Assembly: GCF_009914755.1 (NCBI RefSeq)
Contig: NC_060940.1
Strand: one strand, 5' to 3'
From: the human T2T-CHM13v2.0 reference genome, Homo sapiens
Length of the DNA: 64,000 nt
The notes under the pieces are model-generated. The model searched no databases. It was not told the origin of the DNA and saw only the letters and a list, made by a program, of their open reading frames with translations. A program made the position numbers and the translations under genes. Below are positions 20,816 through 32,004 of the stretch, piece after piece; the first letter of the stretch is position 1; the number at the start of each line of letters is the position of its first letter.

Positions 20816-21157
20816 GGCTGGGTGCAGTGGCTGATGCCTGTAATTCTAGCACTTTGGGAGGCTGAGGTGGGTGGATTACAAGGTCAGGGGTTTGAGACCA
20901 CCTGGCCAACATGGTGAAACCCCTTCTCTACTAAAAATACAAAAATTAGCCGGGCTTGGTGGCAGGCTCCTGTAATCCCAGCTACTTGGGAGGCTGAGGC
21001 AGGAGAATCACTTGAATCCAGGAGGCGGAGGTTGCAGCGAGCCGAGATCACACCACTGTACTCCAGCCTGGGGAACAGAGTGAGACTTTGTCTCAAAAAA
21101 AAAAAAAAAAAAAGAAAGAAAGAAAGAAAAAGAAAAAAAGAAAAGAAAAAGAAAAAA
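20816..21157 (+). mobile_element. Alu with A/GAAA tail
   Basis: Sense Alu consensus. Confidence 0.95.
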
Positions 21158-21279
21158 GAATCCATGCAAAGAAAGGGCGGGCATCTTCCCAGGGTGTGCT
21201 GTGGTGCCAGCATGGTTAGCCCTGGACACAAGCTGTCGCTTTAATCTTCTGCCCAATGAGAACGATGCTGTGATAGCTG

Positions 21280-21375
21280 TACCCACTGCACAGATGAGGA
21301 AACTGAGGCCAAGGCTGGGCAAACTGCCTGCCCGAGGTCATGGCCAGATAAGTGGTGAAGCCAAAGTTCGGGCAG
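21280..21375 (+). mobile_element. MIR fragment
   Basis: MIR core-like cagatgaggaaactgaggc; a reverse fragment lies near 21650-21720. Confidence 0.55.
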
Positions 21376-24300
21376 AGCTGGCTGAGGAAGGCCATGCGGA
21401 GGTTATCTTCAGGCCAGCGACATCCACGCACAGGGTGGAGTGGGAGCAGTCCCGGGCACCCTCCTCAGGCCTCCAGTCTGTAAGTGGGTGGCAGGGGGCA
21501 CTGGGCACAGCCACGGAAAGAAGCAGAGGTGGGACCCTCACTGTGCCACCATCTGCTCCACAGTTCGGATCTCCTGCCGCCCCCACCCCGACATCCGGGG
21601 AGGAGGTAGAGCCCCTGGGGTCACACGCCCTGGACTTGAAATGGGCCCCACCCTGGCTCTGTGGTCTTGGCAAGCCACTTCCCTTCTCTGAGCCTCAATT
21701 TCCTCACCTTGAAGCCTGGGGAGGTGACGGTACCTGCTCCCTTGGGGCATTGCAAAGTGAACGAGCTCAGTGCGTGGCTCATAGCAAGGTCTGGGAGAGT
21801 GATGTCTGAGCCCCACGGCCACACTCCAGGGCAAAGCAAGATGCATCTTCCCCGGTCTTAGGTGACTCCAGGACTAAGCCTGGAGCCTCATGCAGGTCCT
21901 GCCTTCCTGCCCCAAAATCTCAGAGGAGGGGCCAAAGCCTCTCCCAGCCCACCCTGCCCCCTCCTGCCACAGCCTCACTGGAAGGTCTCTTGGAGCCACC
22001 AAGGGGGTGTCTGAGAGTCTCCCACGAAGATTCCAACGCTTGGGGTGGGCCCTGCAATATGCAGACTCTCAGGAAGAGGATGGCTCACATCTTTTTGGCT
22101 GAGTGTCCCTTCTGGGGCTACAGGGCCTGGCCTGCTCCACCACAGAGAGTGGCGGGGTCTCGGACGGCACTGCAACCCCAAGGCCCGCAGCCCATTCCCC
22201 ATAATCTGGTCAGGGGGGAGGGGAGGCAGGGAGGCAGGGAGGCAGTGGGAGGTCCTGCCCCGCTCTTCCCAGCAGCAGGTCCCCACACTGGCTTCCAAGC
22301 CCCAGACAGGGCCAGCCTTGCCACCGGTCCACATCTGGGGAGGGGGTGTAGACCGGAGCCGGGACCAGGGGTCTCGCCAGAACACGTGGCCCTCGTGGCT
22401 GAGAACCCAGCTTTGGGTTTAAAGTCCTTCCTGCCCTAATGGCAGGAGCCCCAGCTCCACCCTCTGTACCATCTCCCCCTCCCCAGAGTATCATTCGGGT
22501 CCTGGAAGGTGAGGCCGGGCCCTCCACAGAGGAGGCACCCACAGCCGGTGACCCCCATCATGTGCCCATGATCAGAAGGCGCGGCCTCCGGAGGCCGACA
22601 TCACAACGTTTGCAAGGGCCGGCTGGGGTCGGCACATGATTCGACCTCACGGCCGCCCTTAGGGGTGGAGGGGTCGCTACCTCAGGTTTGGGGAAGGAAC
22701 ACGAGGCTCTGAGGAGCGAATTTGCCCCAGGTGTCCGGGGAGGCCTGGCGCGGGGCTGCCTCGGTTCCCTCCCAGAGCCGGGGAGAGGGGATATCGCAGG
22801 ATGCCGGCGCCCGAGGCGGCAGCACCAGGCCCACGGGCGCCCCAGTCTAAATATCCTCCGTGCCCCTAGAGCGGGGACCCTCGCTCCCCAGACCCGGAAG
22901 CGCCGCCTTCCCCGCCAGGGACGCCTGGGCCTCCGCAGACCCCGCCGGCCGGCGCGCCACCCGCGCCAGCACCATGGACAGCGGCCGCCCCAGCCGCGCG
23001 CTCAGGGCCAGGCCCGGGCTGGCTTCCACCGCGGACGGCTGCGGGGTCGGGGCAGCCCCGCAATCCCAAATCCCGGCAGCCCCCGCTCAGCAGGGAGGGG
23101 CCCCGGGGGCGAAGAGTGGGGGAGAAGCCGGGAAGGATCCGGAGGAGGCGGCGGGGGCGGCGCCAGGGGAGGAATAATCCCGGCGCAGTGCCGATTTAGG
23201 TTGAAAACGCTCCCAGTCATGGGCCTGCACGTGGAGCGCCGGGGCTGGGGGAGGCATTCGCGGGGCTCCTTTCCCGCCCCGCTCGGGAGCTCACGTTTGC
23301 CGGCGCCCACAGTCCCGTCCCCACCTCCAGGCCTCAGGGTCGAGATGGAGAAACCAAGCCGCACTTTGAGAGCCCACAGGAGGGAGGGGACAGGCTGAGG
23401 AGCGGCCGTCTGGGTATGGGTCCGGGGCCTGGCTTCCCTCATCCACACCCGCAGCGCTGCCAGAAGGCGCTGCTCTGCCTGTGGTCAGCCCTCGACCCGT
23501 GTGCTTGGTGGGAGCTGCATCCCCGCACAGGCAGCCCCACTGCTCCCCAATCTCGCGTCCACGTTCCTGCCGGCCCCCGCTGCTCCTCACACTCCCGGCT
23601 TGACTGACTCAGCCCGAATATCCCCCACCCCGTAGCTCAAAAATGCAAACAGCCACACACTTTGGCCCAGGCATGGGCGCTGCGGGAGAAAGCTGAGCTC
23701 AACTGGAGACTGGGGTCTCTCTGCCCGTTCAGCGAGAAGTCCCTGGGGGCTCACACAAGGGCCCCTCTGCTTGGCCCTGGGCCCGGCCCCACCCACCCAG
23801 CCAGACGGTCACCAAGGAGCCGGTTCCCATGGCTCACAGAGCCCCCTTTCCTGCTTGGCGACTGTGAGAGCCCTCGTTCCACCCAGAGGGGCTCGGACGA
23901 CCTGCGTGGGCTGCTAGGGACTGCCTCTCCCTTTAGGGACAAGCAGCCCGGGTGCTAATACGGGGAAGAGACTTGTTAAAAAGGTGGCCATGCCTGCACC
24001 ATCCTCAGCCTCAGCCCCTGTGGTGCTGGCTCAGCTTGAAGTGGAATCCTGTCAAGGCTCCGGGGCTCACCCCAGGGGAAAGAGAGAGAGGTGGCCCCAC
24101 CTCAGCTGTCTTGTCCTCAGCAGCCTGAGCCTGGCCTGGGAGCTGCTGGGGAGAGGTGGCCGTGGCCTCTGTGTCCTCCCCAGGGGACGCAGTGTGAAGC
24201 GTGTGGCCAGAGTGAGCCTAGGGAGCACGGTGGGGCCTGGGTGCTCCTGGGGGTCCCCACATGTACATGTACAGCATCCAGGCTGACCATTCCCAGACGG

Positions 24301-24559
24301 CCATGTGGGGGCCCCGCAGGAGCTGCCTCTTCTGCGAATCAAGTCACTGAGCCCGGAGACCTCAGCTCCGGCCCCTTCCCAGCCCTGATGCCACAGCCCA
24401 GCCATGCCATTCCTCCTCCCCTGCTCCTCTGCCTGGGCACACGCCGTTCCCCCTGCTTGCCTGGCAGGGTTTCCCTGCCTTAGCCCTGCAAGCTCTTCTC
24501 CTCCATCCCTCAGTTCCTGGTGCGAGGTCGCCCCTGCCTCCTGCTCCGGGACCCCCAGC

Positions 24560-24725
24560 TCTTGAGAAAGCGTCTCCAGGGTCTTGCAATCACATGGGTT
24601 ATCATCACTGTCCACCTGGTGTCTCTCCTCCTGGCCTGAGGACTCTTGAGGACAGACAGCACCAACGTGCATGGCCTCTGCATGTTCGCGGAATGAATGA
24701 ATTAGGGAACGAATGAATGAATGCG
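24560..24725 (+). mobile_element. L2 3'-end fragment
   Basis: Ends in a (GAAT)n tail typical of L2. Confidence 0.45.
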
Positions 24726-27149
24726 GAATGTGGCTCCGCTAGCTCAGTCACGCAGAAAGGGGTGCAGCTGCCAAGGCCCCCGGAGGGCTGATGGAGGATT
24801 GGTCAAATTTAGGAAGAGGCCGGTCAGCGGGGAAGGCACAGCTCGGGAAATTAACCCGGATCGTGCCATGGCCAGTGTCCGCGGGGAGAGTGGCCTCTGG
24901 GGTTGGGACTAGGTTGGTACCTGAGTCACTGAGAGGGCTCCCAAGACCCCAGGGCTGGGGTGGGCCTTGCAATACACAGAGCCTTCGGATGAGGAGGGCC
25001 CATCTCCTTTTCAGCTGGCTCTCTCTTCAGGAGCTGCAGGGCTGAGGAAGTGGCTGCCCGTCCTCCACCATCTGGCCTGAGCCAAGAGAGGGAAGGGGGT
25101 CCTCCTGCCCCGCTCTCCCTGGCACCACACGCACCCCTCCTCTGACCGGCCAGAGTCCTTCCTTCACACACTGCCTAACTAGGAGTGGGGAAGCAGAGCT
25201 TGCAGACGGATTTTCCAGAAGTTACATAGAGCTAGGATTGGCTCCAAAAGCCCCGGGGCTGGCTGATTCCCTCTACCTGGGTCCTGCCAGGTGTACCTCA
25301 CAGGGTCCTCGCTCTGCCCTGTTCTGCCTCATGGGGTCTCGATGCCTTCCTGCTGGGCCCTGGGCTAGTGGTCTCTCCAAGTACTGCCCTCATCCTGCAG
25401 GGTCCCTGCCACGGCGCTGCATTCCTTGCAGAGGCTGCACACCGCGTGCCCACCCCTGGGACATCCTTTTGGACACATGCCTGGGAAACCTCCTCACCCC
25501 TCAGCGCCCCCAGTTTGAAGGTCTCTTCCCCCATCTCTGGTGCCCCCATCTCTGTCAGCACCAGACTGGGGCACAGCCTAACCAACCACTCAGCCCTCAT
25601 AGAACCTCAGGGACCATTGAGCCCTGCCTGCAGAGGGCCTTAGAGCTGGGCAGGGCCCTGGTGGCCAGAGAAATGCACATCGGGCTCCATCTGCAGTGGC
25701 AGCCCCAGAGCCTGGCTGACAGCTGGGGTGGCTGGGGATTGGGGACAGGGTGCAGACTGACACATTCCGTGGCAGCCCCGTGACGCAGGCACACCCGCGT
25801 CCCTGCCACTTGGCACGTGGCACAGCGGCAGAGCTCCTCTCCCGCCCCCAGTTTGAGATGCTTCTGGGGGTGCACCAGGGGCTCTGAGGAGGGGCACCAT
25901 GGCGCAGCAGGCACGTGGCCTCAAGAGAAACCCGTGTTGCTGCCCCAGCAGACTGAGGGCCCATGGTCAAGCCCAGGGCAGCTCAGCCTTGAAAGCTGGA
26001 CACCCTGGGGAGTGGGTGCTGGGATCCAGGCCTCATCTCAGCCCCTGCTCGGAAGAGCATGAGCACCCTCAGAGGCGAGGCCTGGGCCCCTAGTGCCTAC
26101 TGCTCCAGGCAGCTGCCACTAACCATCACCCCTCTTTCCTGCCCAGTGAAGGAATGAGGCCTGAACCCACACATTGCAGCCAGTTTGGCCGTTGACTCCT
26201 CCTGCACCACTGGTGGGGAAGGCTCAGTCACCTGCTCACCCACAGAGCTCCCTTCACTGCCAATCCAGTCATGGGAGGCACAGCAGTGGGTGCCCACATG
26301 CAAGGAGATGGGGTCTTCGGGTGGCTGAACAGTGCCACCTGGGTGGGAGATCCCTAACTCTCAGCAACACAAGGCTTCCTGGGTCCATGTCCAGCTGGTT
26401 CAAGGGCCCCGTGCCTCCCACACAGGAAGCTGTTTGTGTCCTTCTCATCAGTGGGAGGTAGGACTCGTCCAGCCGCCCCGGAAGTGGGTGTGAGCTGGAG
26501 GCAGTGAGTCTGTCGATGGAGGGGCTGAACTCAAGGGTCTGGCCCCAGATGAGGGGCAGTTGGGGTGGCAGGGGGCAGGGAGTGGGGCAAGTGAGTCCTA
26601 GGGTTCCCCCACACAGCGATGTTTGCAGCTGGGCCTTGAATTTCCCTCCCCTCCAGGCGGCTCCAGGTCCAGCCCTGTGTCCACCTCTGGCCAGACCAGC
26701 CAGGTTCCACTAGGCCTCTGCCCTGGTCCGGGAGACAGAAAACCCTTCAGTCTCCTGGCCTGACCCAGGCCTATCTGCTCCAAGGCTGCTGTCCAGCACC
26801 CCACAGAGGGGGTGGGCTGGGAGACGGCCCTGTGTCCAGGGAGGCCTGAGCTGCCCCTGGCCATTGGGCCCTCGGATGCACGGGTGTGGGGGAAGGGCCT
26901 GAAGGAAGAGGCAGGTGAGGTGGCCTCCGCCATCTGCTCCTCCTGCGGAGGGCAGGCTGCCCGAACAGAGCCTGGAGCCTGGGAAGGGCCTGGAGTGGCC
27001 GCTGGGCCGTCAGTTCCTGAAGCTGCCACCGCAGCCCTCTCTCCTGAGGTGATGGGTGGGGAACGCTCTCCACCCACCTAATCCCCAGGAGGACACCGGA
27101 CCCCTCCCGAGCAGGTCTGAAGGTGCCGTTTCCCTTCTGAGGCCCTCCA

Positions 27150-28500
27150 ACCTTGGCCAAGGCCCGGTCCCGCCTCCAGAACCAGGAAGGTGCCAGCCTC
27201 CCCCCACCCTCCTCCTCCCGCGGGCAGTAGCTCAGCGCAGGCCCCGGGTCCAGAAGCCGCCCGCCCGGGGAGGGCCGCCCCTCAGGCCGCACATCCACGC
27301 GACCCCCATGCAGTTTAACGGTCTCTGGCCTGTCACTTCGGTCCGGGGGCGCCCTCTGAGCCGACCAGGCGCCCGGGGTGGAGGCCGGGGGCCTACAATT
27401 CCTCCTTTCGGCGTCCCAGGAGGCACGGACCCCCAGCCCCGGCCGAGTGGCCAGTGGGGAGCGGCCCTCTTCCGGGCCAGGGGCCGGGGCGCGGGGCTGC
27501 GGGAAGGCCAGGCAGGGACCGAGGCCCAGCGGCCGCGGGGGAGGTGGGGAAGGGGCTGCCGTTACGTAAGCCCTTCCCGGGCGGCGGCGGCGCGGCCCCC
27601 ACCCCCACCCCGCCCCCTCCTCATTGTGGCCGCCGCGGAGGTGCGGCCTGGCCCCCTCCCGGCCCCGCAGCCCGGCCGCACGCGCACCTTACCTCGGCCC
27701 GGGCTCCTGGCTCATGCCACGCTGTCCGCCGGGCGACCTCCCGTCATGGGGAGCCCGGCATGGGCGTCGGCGCGCGGGGGCCGCCGGGGTGCTGGACTGG
27801 CCGGCAGGGCCCGGCCGCGCCCTGCGCCCCGCGTCCCGTCCTGGCCGGGCCCCCTCGGCAGCGCACGGAAAGGAGCTCCCCGGTGGGAGAGGATCGGCCG
27901 CCCCAAGCCTCCCACCGGGGAGGCTGAGGCTGTGCCCAGATAAATAAGGCCGCTTTGCAGGGAACCAGGCGGGCGCCTCCTCCTCCCCTCGCCCTCCCCG
28001 CGCTCCTCCGTGGCCGCCGCCGGCGCCGCGCGCGCCCCCCGCCCGGCACCAAACGCCGCGCCCTCGCGCGCTCCCGGCGTGGCGAGCCAATCCGGGTTCG
28101 CGAGCCCGGGCGGGGGCGCCGAGAATGCCGAGCCCCGCCCCCGCCCCGCCCCGGCCCCCGCGCGCGGCGCGCTCCCGGCACGGCGTCCACGAGCACGCGC
28201 CAGGCCCGGCACGCGCCCCCGCCCCGCTCGCCGCGGGCACCCGCACAATAACAAACCCCGGCGCGCGGCGGGCGGGGAGGGCGCGGGAGGCAGAAGGGAG
28301 GGCGAGGGGAGGCGGGAGAGCAGGCGCCGGCGGGTGGCCCAGGGGTCCGGGGTCCTATGGGGACCGGGGCGGCACCGCGCGTCCCGGCCCTTGGCCACCA
28401 CTTGGGGAGGCGAGGAAGGCGAGACCCGGCCCAGAGGAGACAGGGTGGTCAGACCCCCGTCTCTGGACCCTCCCGCCCAGCCCACGGCAAGGACCCTTCA
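27150..28500. promoter_or_regulatory. FBXL16 CpG-island promoter
   Basis: Very CpG-dense, GC boxes, CCAAT near 28087. Confidence 0.8.
27693..27990 (-). other. FBXL16: FBXL16 non-coding exon 1 (5' boundary approximate)
   Basis: Strong donor GAG|GTAAGG at 27693/27692 in a CpG island; matching acceptor CCACAG| at 19600, 14 nt before the ATG. Confidence 0.75.
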
Positions 28501-29524
28501 CAGCCCTCACACCCCCCGCGCACCTGCTGCGTGCCCGGCCGGAAGCCCCTCATTGGAGACCCTGGCACACCCGCAGAGCGCGAAAACAAGTGACTGCACG
28601 GATCAGTTCAGACAGTGACAGTGAAAGCACCCGAGGGCTTGCGGTGGTGACTTCTGGCGGGGGCTTCCTGAGGGTGCCCCACTGGAGCTGAGACCCCCCC
28701 ACGGCGCGAGGGAGGGATGGCTCGGGAATGGGGGTGCAAAGATCCGAGGAGCCTGGCAAGTTCCCTCGGGAATAAACTGGAGGCTGGAGGCGGCGGCGGC
28801 TGCTGCAGCCCGGGGCAGGGGTGGGGCGTGCTAGGTTAGGTGGAGGACTCGGTGGGGACCGCTGGAGACCCCAGACGCCCCAGCAGGCTCAGGGCAGGAG
28901 AATGGAGGCCAATGGCGCCCTATCCTGGGGTCTCCTGGGAGCAGGGCCGGGGGAGGGAGCAGGTGTGGGGAGAGCAGAGGGGTTCTTTGCACCGGGAAAG
29001 AGCTACAGGGCTGAATGGGGCTCCTGAGAGTATCTCAATAGGAGTGAAACCAGCTGCTGTTCCCAGCGTCCTGATGGGAAGCCTGGCTGAAGGGGCCGGT
29101 GTGAGGCCTGGGGTCAGCGGGAAGGAGGGTCAGACTGACGGCACCCTGGCTGGGTCCCGGGGTGGGGTGGTTCTGTGCTTGCTGTGGGGGCGCCACTGGG
29201 TCTACCTGGGGTGAGCGCAGCAGCTCTTCTGCGTAAGTCTTGCCCGGTACCTGGATACTGACCAAAGAAGGTGCCCGGAGTGGGGCAGACAGGACGAGCC
29301 CCGTGAAGACAGTTGGGGCAACAGGGGAGCGGCGGTCCAACCTATCCGGGTGTCTCCGGTGCATGGTCTGGCAGGCTGGCCCTCTGGCAGCAGCTTCCAC
29401 CCCAGGCGTGGACTGCTCCCGGTAGGAGGGTTTCACCTCGTGCCTGGGGCTCTCACCACAGCAGGTGCCAGGGCCTCAGGCAGAGAACAAGCTGTGCTTG
29501 TGTTGAGTCCCAGCTGGGGCTGGA

Positions 29525-29610
29525 GCCGGACACACCCCAAGCGCACAGGGCAGGCTGGACACACCCCAAGTGCATAGGGTGGGCTGGACACACCCCAAGT
29601 GCATAGGGTG
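29525..29610. repeat. Tandem repeat, 3 x ~29 bp (ggctggacacaccccaagtgcatagggt)
   Basis: Three copies read directly. Confidence 0.85.
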
Positions 29611-29740
29611 AGCGTGGGAGTCAGGCATTTGGGTCATGCAACCCTGGCGAGGCCCAAGAAGCTAGCCCTGCCTGTGGGGAATCTGAGCAGGGAAGAGTGT
29701 GTGGAAGATCATCACAGAAAGGCCAACCGTGCTCCTCCAA

Positions 29741-30017
29741 AGCTGTGACCCACCGGCCCTCCACCTCTGTCACCAGCTGTGACCCACCTACCCTCCACCT
29801 CTGTCACCAGCTGTGACCCACCTGCCCTCCACCTCTGTCACCAGCTGTGACCCACCTACCCCCCACCTCTGTCACCAGCTGTGACCCACCGGCCCTCCAC
29901 CTCTGTGACCAGCTGTGACCCACCTACCCTCCACCTCTGTCACCAGCTGTGACCCACCTACCCTCCACCTCTGTCACCAGCTGTGACCCACCTACCCTCC
30001 ACCTCTGTGACCCCACC
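29741..30017. repeat. Minisatellite, 34-bp unit, about 8 copies
   Basis: Unit agctgtgacccacctaccctccacctctgtcacc, head-to-tail, near-identical. Confidence 0.95.
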
Positions 30018-30319
30018 TGTGCCGGGCAACTTTGTCTGTCTCCACCATGGCTGGTGGCAGCTACTTCCCCACTGGTCTCTCCACCCCTCTCCCATCTCCT
30101 TTTCTCCCCAGGGTGCAGCGGGGCCATTTTGCCGTGCAGACATGGTCCTGTTCTTCCCAGGGCCCTGTTCATTCTTTGCTGAAGACTGCACAGCCCTGAG
30201 TGCCTGGCACGGCTGGCCCACAGCCTCGCTCTATACCTGGCCCCTTGAGGATGAAGCTTCAGCCACACTGGCCTTCTTCTGGGGCCAGGAGAGTGCCCCA
30301 TCCCTAACCTGGTGTGCCC

Positions 30320-30530
30320 CTCCCTTCACCTGGAGCACCCTTCACCTGGGGCACCCCTCACCTGGAGCACCCCTCCCTTCACCTGGAGCTCCCCTGCAGC
30401 ACCCCTCCCCTGGAGCACCCCTTCCTGGAGCATTTCCTCATGTGGAGCACCCCTCCCTTAGAGCACCTCTCGCCTGGAGCACTCCTCTCCTGGCCCCTTG
30501 CCTGGAGCACTCCCTTGCCACCTGTACCTG
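30320..30530. repeat. Degenerate CACCTGGAGCACCC array 1
   Basis: Units of about 15-20 bp. Confidence 0.85.
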
Positions 30531-31061
30531 GGTGACTACTTGCCTTTCAGACCTTGGCTAATGTATTCTCCCCTAGGTGCCCTCCCTCAGGAGGACAGGG
30601 CCACAGACCCGTGTCCTCACCTCCCCAGCACCAAGGACCTTCTTTTCTCAGCCTGTGTCTGCCTGGTGTCTGATGGTGCATTTGATGAGCTATTGGCTGA
30701 CTGTGCCTGCTGAGGGCCAGGGTGCGGTCTTCTTCCCCACCACCCTGTCCCTGGGCACTGAGCCTCCATCTCAGTACGTCACAGGTGCATGGCAAATTTG
30801 GCGAATGAGGGAGACAGCGATGCGTCAGCAGCATGAAAGGTGACTGGCACCAGCAGTTTGGATCGCCTCCTGTGGCGGGAGGCCCTTGTAGAGGATACCT
30901 TTGGAGAACAGCTCACACCCCAGAGGGAAGTGGCTTGGACAAAGGGGGCTGCTCAGCAGACTTCGATCTCCTCTGGGGGATGTGGATACCGCTCAGGCCC
31001 GCACCCCTCCATTGGTCCTGGAGACTGATATGGGAGGCGGTATGTGCCTTGGCTCCGGAGG

Positions 31062-31410
31062 GCACCTGGAGCACCCCTCACCTGGAGAACCCTCATCCAG
31101 AGCACTCCTTTCCTGGAGCACCCCTCACCTGAAGCACCCTCAGTTGGAGCATCCTCTCACCTAGAGAACCCTCACCTGGAGCACCCTGTTACCCGGGGCA
31201 CCCTCACCTGGAAAACCCTCATCTGGAGCACCTTCTCACCTGGAGAACCCTCACCTGGAGCACCCTGTTACCTGGAGCACCCTGTTACCCGGAGCACCCT
31301 CATCTGGAGCACCCCCTCACCTGGAGCACCCCTCACCTGGAGCACCCCTCACCTGGAGAGCCCCTCTCCTGCAGAACCCCTACCAGGAGCATACTTCACC
31401 GGGACCACCC
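31062..31410. repeat. Degenerate CACCTGGAGCACCC array 2
   Basis: About 20 units of 15-17 bp, about 10 with an intact CACCTG. Confidence 0.9.
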
Positions 31411-31876
31411 CTTGCCTTGATGCCTCAGCACTGAGGAGTCTCCCATCTAGGTGGCTGGGAGGGCACTCTGGAGCCATGGGGATGAGGACCAGAGGCTGCT
31501 GGTACATCTTGCCCTGAGACTTTGGAGGACTGCAAGGGGACCCACATTCACTTCAGCTCTGCACCTGTGGTGATATCCCCACACTGGAGAGCAAAGTGAT
31601 TGCTCCGGGGGCCAGATGGCCACGCCACCATCCCCCCACACACTGCCCCTGCCCCCTGCCTGGAGCACAGCCCGAGAGCACCCAGGATCATCCATGTGAA
31701 GCAGCAGGCTGTGGGTATGTTTGGCCGTCCCGACCCCTCCACAGCCAGAATGGGCACCCATAGGCATGAGAACCTCACAGCCATTAGGGGTGCCCTGAGT
31801 GCCATGGGCGGTGGGATTTCTCTGATGCCCCCCAGCTCTGCTCCCTGCCTGGCTCGCCCCCTATCAAGGCTAAGGA

Positions 31877-32004
31877 TGACTCAGGGCCCAGCCATCACCA
31901 TAGCAACACGCGTCGCCTAGCAATGGCGGTCTCCCGGCAACGGTTGTCTCCTAGCAATGGGATATTTTCCTGGGCCCTGGCTGGAGCCCGGCAGTTATTT
32001 TTAG
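31877..32004. promoter_or_regulatory. Candidate enhancer: AP-1 + four RFX X-boxes + MEF2
   Basis: TGACTCA 31877-31883; X-box-like motifs 31894-31958; GTTATTTTTAG 31994-32004. Confidence 0.6.

Noticed and set aside
22688-23398. 236-aa ORF in a CpG-rich patch of FBXL16 intron 1
   Set aside because: Arg/Gly/Pro-rich composition expected from GC content; may be regulatory, but I see no coding or splice support.
29741-30017. 34-bp repeats as a CRISPR-like array
   Set aside because: Units are head-to-tail with no unique spacers, there are no cas genes, and the DNA is human: an ordinary minisatellite.
30901-31517. Repetitive ORFs (LEHP/PGAP/WSTP)
   Set aside because: Translations of the CACCTGGAGCACCC repeat.
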